A DNA stretch of 63,835 bases, filler included, from Octopus bimaculoides (Eukaryota), in NCBI RefSeq assembly GCF_001194135.2. It is 7 parts of 7 records of this genome, joined end to end, with 100 filler letters (N's around TTAATTAATTAA, not from the genome) between each part and the next. Parts side by side here need not be neighbours in the genome. Positions count along the whole stretch, not along the records: positions 62,681 to 63,835 come from NC_068986.1; 6 more parts are not named here. The stretch is one strand, 5' to 3'. Shown piece after piece: positions 62,754-63,835 of the stretch; position 1 is the first letter of the stretch, and each line of letters starts with the position of its first letter. A program made the translations under genes and the position numbers. The notes under the pieces were generated by a model. It did not search any database. It was not told the origin of the DNA and saw only the letters and a list, made by a program, of their open reading frames with translations.

Positions 62754-63075
62754 GTGAAGGCACGTGGCTTTGTGATTAGGGGCATTCGGCTCATGATCGT
62801 AAGGTCGTGAGTTCAATTCAACGGCGACGCGTTCTGTCCTTGACCAAGACACTTTATCTCACCTTGCTACGGCTGGCAAATGTGAGCTGTACCTGTATTT
62901 CAAAAGGGCCAGCCTTGTCACAATTTGTGTCACACTAAATCTCCCTGAGGAACTACGTTAAGGGTACACGTGTCTGTGGAGTACTCAGCCATTTGCACGT
63001 TAATTTCACGAGCAGGCTGTTCCGTTGATCAGATGAACTGGAACCTTCGTCGCCGTAACTGACGGAGGGCCAGTT
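62754..63075 (+). mobile_element. SINE family C, full length, CpG-retaining
   Basis: Collinear with 17877-18204. Confidence 0.85.
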
Positions 63076-63339
63076 ATATGCGTGTGTATGTGTGTGCAAG
63101 TATAAAGACAAATGTGTGTGCGTACATGTGTGTGGGGGGTTTATGTGTATGTGTGTATGTGTGCAAATATAAAATATGTGTGTGCATGCATGTATATGTG
63201 TATGTGCGTGCATGTGTGTGTATGTGTGTGTGTGTGTGCGCAAGAATAAAAATATGTGTGTGTACGTACATGTGTATGAATAAATAGATAAATAGATGTA
63301 TATGATATTGTTCCAACATGAAGATCAAAGACGAACATG

Positions 63340-63543
63340 AAATTCTAAACCATTAATAAAAATGATGCGTAATCATCACTACATGTTTCAAAGACAACCA
63401 TTTGCCGATAAATATACATATATGCAGGTAAATATATATATGTGTGTGTGTGTGTGNNNNNNNNNNNNNNNNNNNNNNNNNNNNNNNNNNNNNNNNNNNN
63501 NNNNNNNNNNNNNNNNNNNNNNNNNNNNNNNNNNNNNNNNNNN

Positions 63544-63582
<39 letters not shown>

Positions 63583-63626
63583 TATATATTTACCTACATA
63601 CATAAATATATACATATATATGTATG

Positions 63627-63678
<52 letters not shown>

Positions 63679-63804
63679 TGTATGTATATATATATGTATG
63701 TATATATATATATATATATACATATATAAGTATATATACATATATATACATACATATATTATAGATATATACATATATAAGTATATATACATATATATAC
63801 ATAC

Positions 63805-63835
<31 letters not shown>
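63340..63835. repeat. (TA)n/(TACA)n-rich low-complexity sequence with gap
   Basis: Direct reading. Confidence 0.85.

Overview
AT-rich animal genomic scaffold, dense in microsatellites and SINEs, with many N-gaps. The repeat families and composition fit an octopod cephalopod (probably Octopus); this is an inference. One host gene is clearly supported: a 2.45-kb terminal coding exon on the minus strand (8386-5934) of a GAREM-like adaptor, with the C-terminal part of a CABIT domain, a Pro/Tyr-motif region and a C-terminal SAM domain ending GWRPK. Its upstream exons could not be placed with certainty; a candidate first coding exon and promoter lie near 22.7-22.9 kb. The rest is intron/intergenic DNA carrying a decayed DD37E (TRT-like) Tc1 transposon with IR/DR ends, mariner and hAT remnants, two Dong/R4-clade LINEs inserted in (TAA)n tracts, three Penelope-like elements (PLEs) and at least three tRNA-derived SINE families. 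The most unusual object is a non-coding element joining a tRNA-like Pol III head, an (AAT)n spacer and a minimal type I hammerhead-ribozyme motif. At 9948-10445 it forms a loop-less ~500-bp head-to-head palindrome with an apparent target-site duplication; a single copy sits at 53.9-54.3 kb. Five hammerhead-like motifs occur in the window. Paired SINE copies also show a switch from CpG-depleted to CpG-retaining DNA at about 20-21 kb. Most ORFs in the supplied track are translations of microsatellites or gaps.
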